This document shows, one piece after another, positions 62,850 through 64,000 of a stretch of DNA of 64,000 nt. Below the pieces are notes generated by a model. That model saw nothing but the letters and a program-made list of their open reading frames with translations, did not search any database and was not told where the DNA came from. The stretch is from Psammoneis japonica (taxonomy: Eukaryota), in NCBI GenBank assembly GCA_008632985.1, contig QPGO01000032.1:121330-185329 (forward strand). The letters are read 5' to 3'. The translations under genes and the position numbers were made by a program. Each line of letters begins with the position of its first letter. Positions within the stretch are counted from its first letter, which is position 1.

Positions 62850-63540
62850 CGTGCTGCTGCTCACAACCTTCTTGCAGACCACTGGTGTTGGGACAATCTA
62901 ATGACATCTGGGACAGATGGCAATGCTGTGCCAGAGAAGAAAGGAAGTGAGCAAAGGAGAGATCATTGGATCTCTCAAGTCTGTCTGTGCCAGTCTGTCT
63001 GATGCAAGGGAGTGCACTCCAAGTCTTGGGTGTCTGTCACTGTGCACAGTGCAAACTTTGTTTGCACACAAAGCACAAACACCAGTTGAGCACAACAAAT
63101 GTGCTGTCAACAACAGCCACTGGCTTCAGCACGTCATCATCATTGCAACAGCTGGCATTTGTTGTTGTTGCTGCACAGCATGCCACAAACTGTGTGAGCT
63201 CTGATTGTGCTTGGAGCAAGCTGGGCTGTGGCTGCATGCACTTGTGTCAGCTGCTGTTCTCTTGTCTCCAATGAAGTGCAGCAGTTTCATGCATTTTTCA
63301 AAAGTTTCTTTTGCCATGGTGTGCCCAAATGGGGTGGCTCCACCAGGGCACAGCATTTGCTCCAAACATCTTCAAGGTCTTTTTTGCACAAAATCATGTG
63401 TGATGTGTCTGTGGGATGAGAGCAGCACAGCAAAAGATGATGGCAGCAATGCAAAAAGCTTGTGAAAAAAAAATCCAGCTGCTGTGATGGTGATGGCCAA
63501 ACACAACAAGCAAGGCATCCAAACATGTGGAAACTTGACA
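62850..63540 (-). pseudogene. Possible piggyBac-like transposase remnant
   Basis: LEDVWSK...FGHTMAKETFEKCMKLLHFIGD resembles the piggyBac (I.DYWS...F...MSR.RF..I...LHF.D) block. The rest is too decayed to judge. Confidence 0.35.
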
Positions 63541-64000
63541 AACAATGTCAGCAAAGAGTGTTTTCTCTTGTGTGGTTTCAGCAAATGGTCCCAGCATGAA
63601 GGTGCCTCAACTCAAACAAAACCAGAAATCTGTTTTACCTCTGCCTTGCTGCTGCCCACACCAACACCAACCACAGCAGACCCACATTCCCCAGTGCCCA
63701 CAAAGGGCAGCAGGGACAATTTTTTAACACTGTCAAACGTTTCAGAAAGACAATGCCATTGACACATTGTCCAAAGGCAATGCCGTTGATGCATCATCAG
63801 AAAGAGAGGCTGTTTGTCCAAGTCAGAACAGTGACCAACCGGATGCTTGTCACACGGCAACCCCAGTTGCTGTGCCTCAAAGAATGGACAAGCCCAGCCA
63901 CACCACTTGGGAGACACCAAAACAAACACTGCAGAAAACCAAACATGTGTCTGTCTCCAAAGATGGCATGCTTGAAGAGATGTGAGAGAAATTCCTGGAA

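Larger units (their letters stand above)
48125..64000. mobile_element. Large hypermutated transposon block extending past the window end
   Basis: TpA and CpG are nearly absent (54001-54360 has none of either, by manual count). Contains copies of repeats from the 30-43 kb block and a copia remnant. Confidence 0.85.

Noticed and set aside
30700..64000. Hundreds of overlapping 60-340 aa ORFs rich in C, H, W, Q and M (excluding paralogue C)
   Set aside because: Artefact of TpA loss: TAA/TAG stops are erased in all six frames and Tyr is nearly absent. Not genes.
1..64000. Alternative genetic code or contaminant DNA as an explanation for the Tyr-free ORFs
   Set aside because: Interleaved host genes use the standard code, and a duplicated host flank (43420-43860) shows the bias was acquired in place.

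Overview
Eukaryotic genomic DNA, most likely from a diatom (inferred from short GT-AG introns, a CoDi-type copia RT motif, RNase H-bearing LINE remnants and RXL/Pro-Thr-rich secreted proteins). Two kinds of sequence alternate. The ordinary compartments (about 6.47-8.3, 12.3-30.3 and 43.85-48.1 kb) carry a HerA/VirB4-like ATPase, a CapA-like metallophosphatase, an Rpp21/Rpr2-like gene, a kinesin-14, COG8 and three paralogous secreted Pro/Thr- and Cys-rich protein genes. The middle paralogue is a crossover chimera of the other two. The transposon blocks (about 1-6.47, 8.3-12.3, 30.3-43.4 and 48.1-64 kb) hold remnants of CACTA-like, Plavaka-like, LINE, copia and possibly piggyBac elements. Main finding: these blocks have almost no TpA and, in most of them, almost no CpG; both appear converted to TpG/CpA. 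Duplicated segments inside the window show the direction of change: A>G transitions in TpA context on both strands. The process leaks about 0.4 kb into flanking host DNA, has hit a LOTUS-domain segment trapped between insertions, spares near-identical host gene duplicates, and in one block has removed TpA while CpG persists. This looks like a transposon-targeted A:T>G:C hypermutation, opposite in chemistry to fungal RIP. I do not know of a description of it but cannot search the literature. Most short ORFs in the TE blocks are artefacts of TAA/TAG loss. All family assignments come from motif recognition by eye, and counts are manual.
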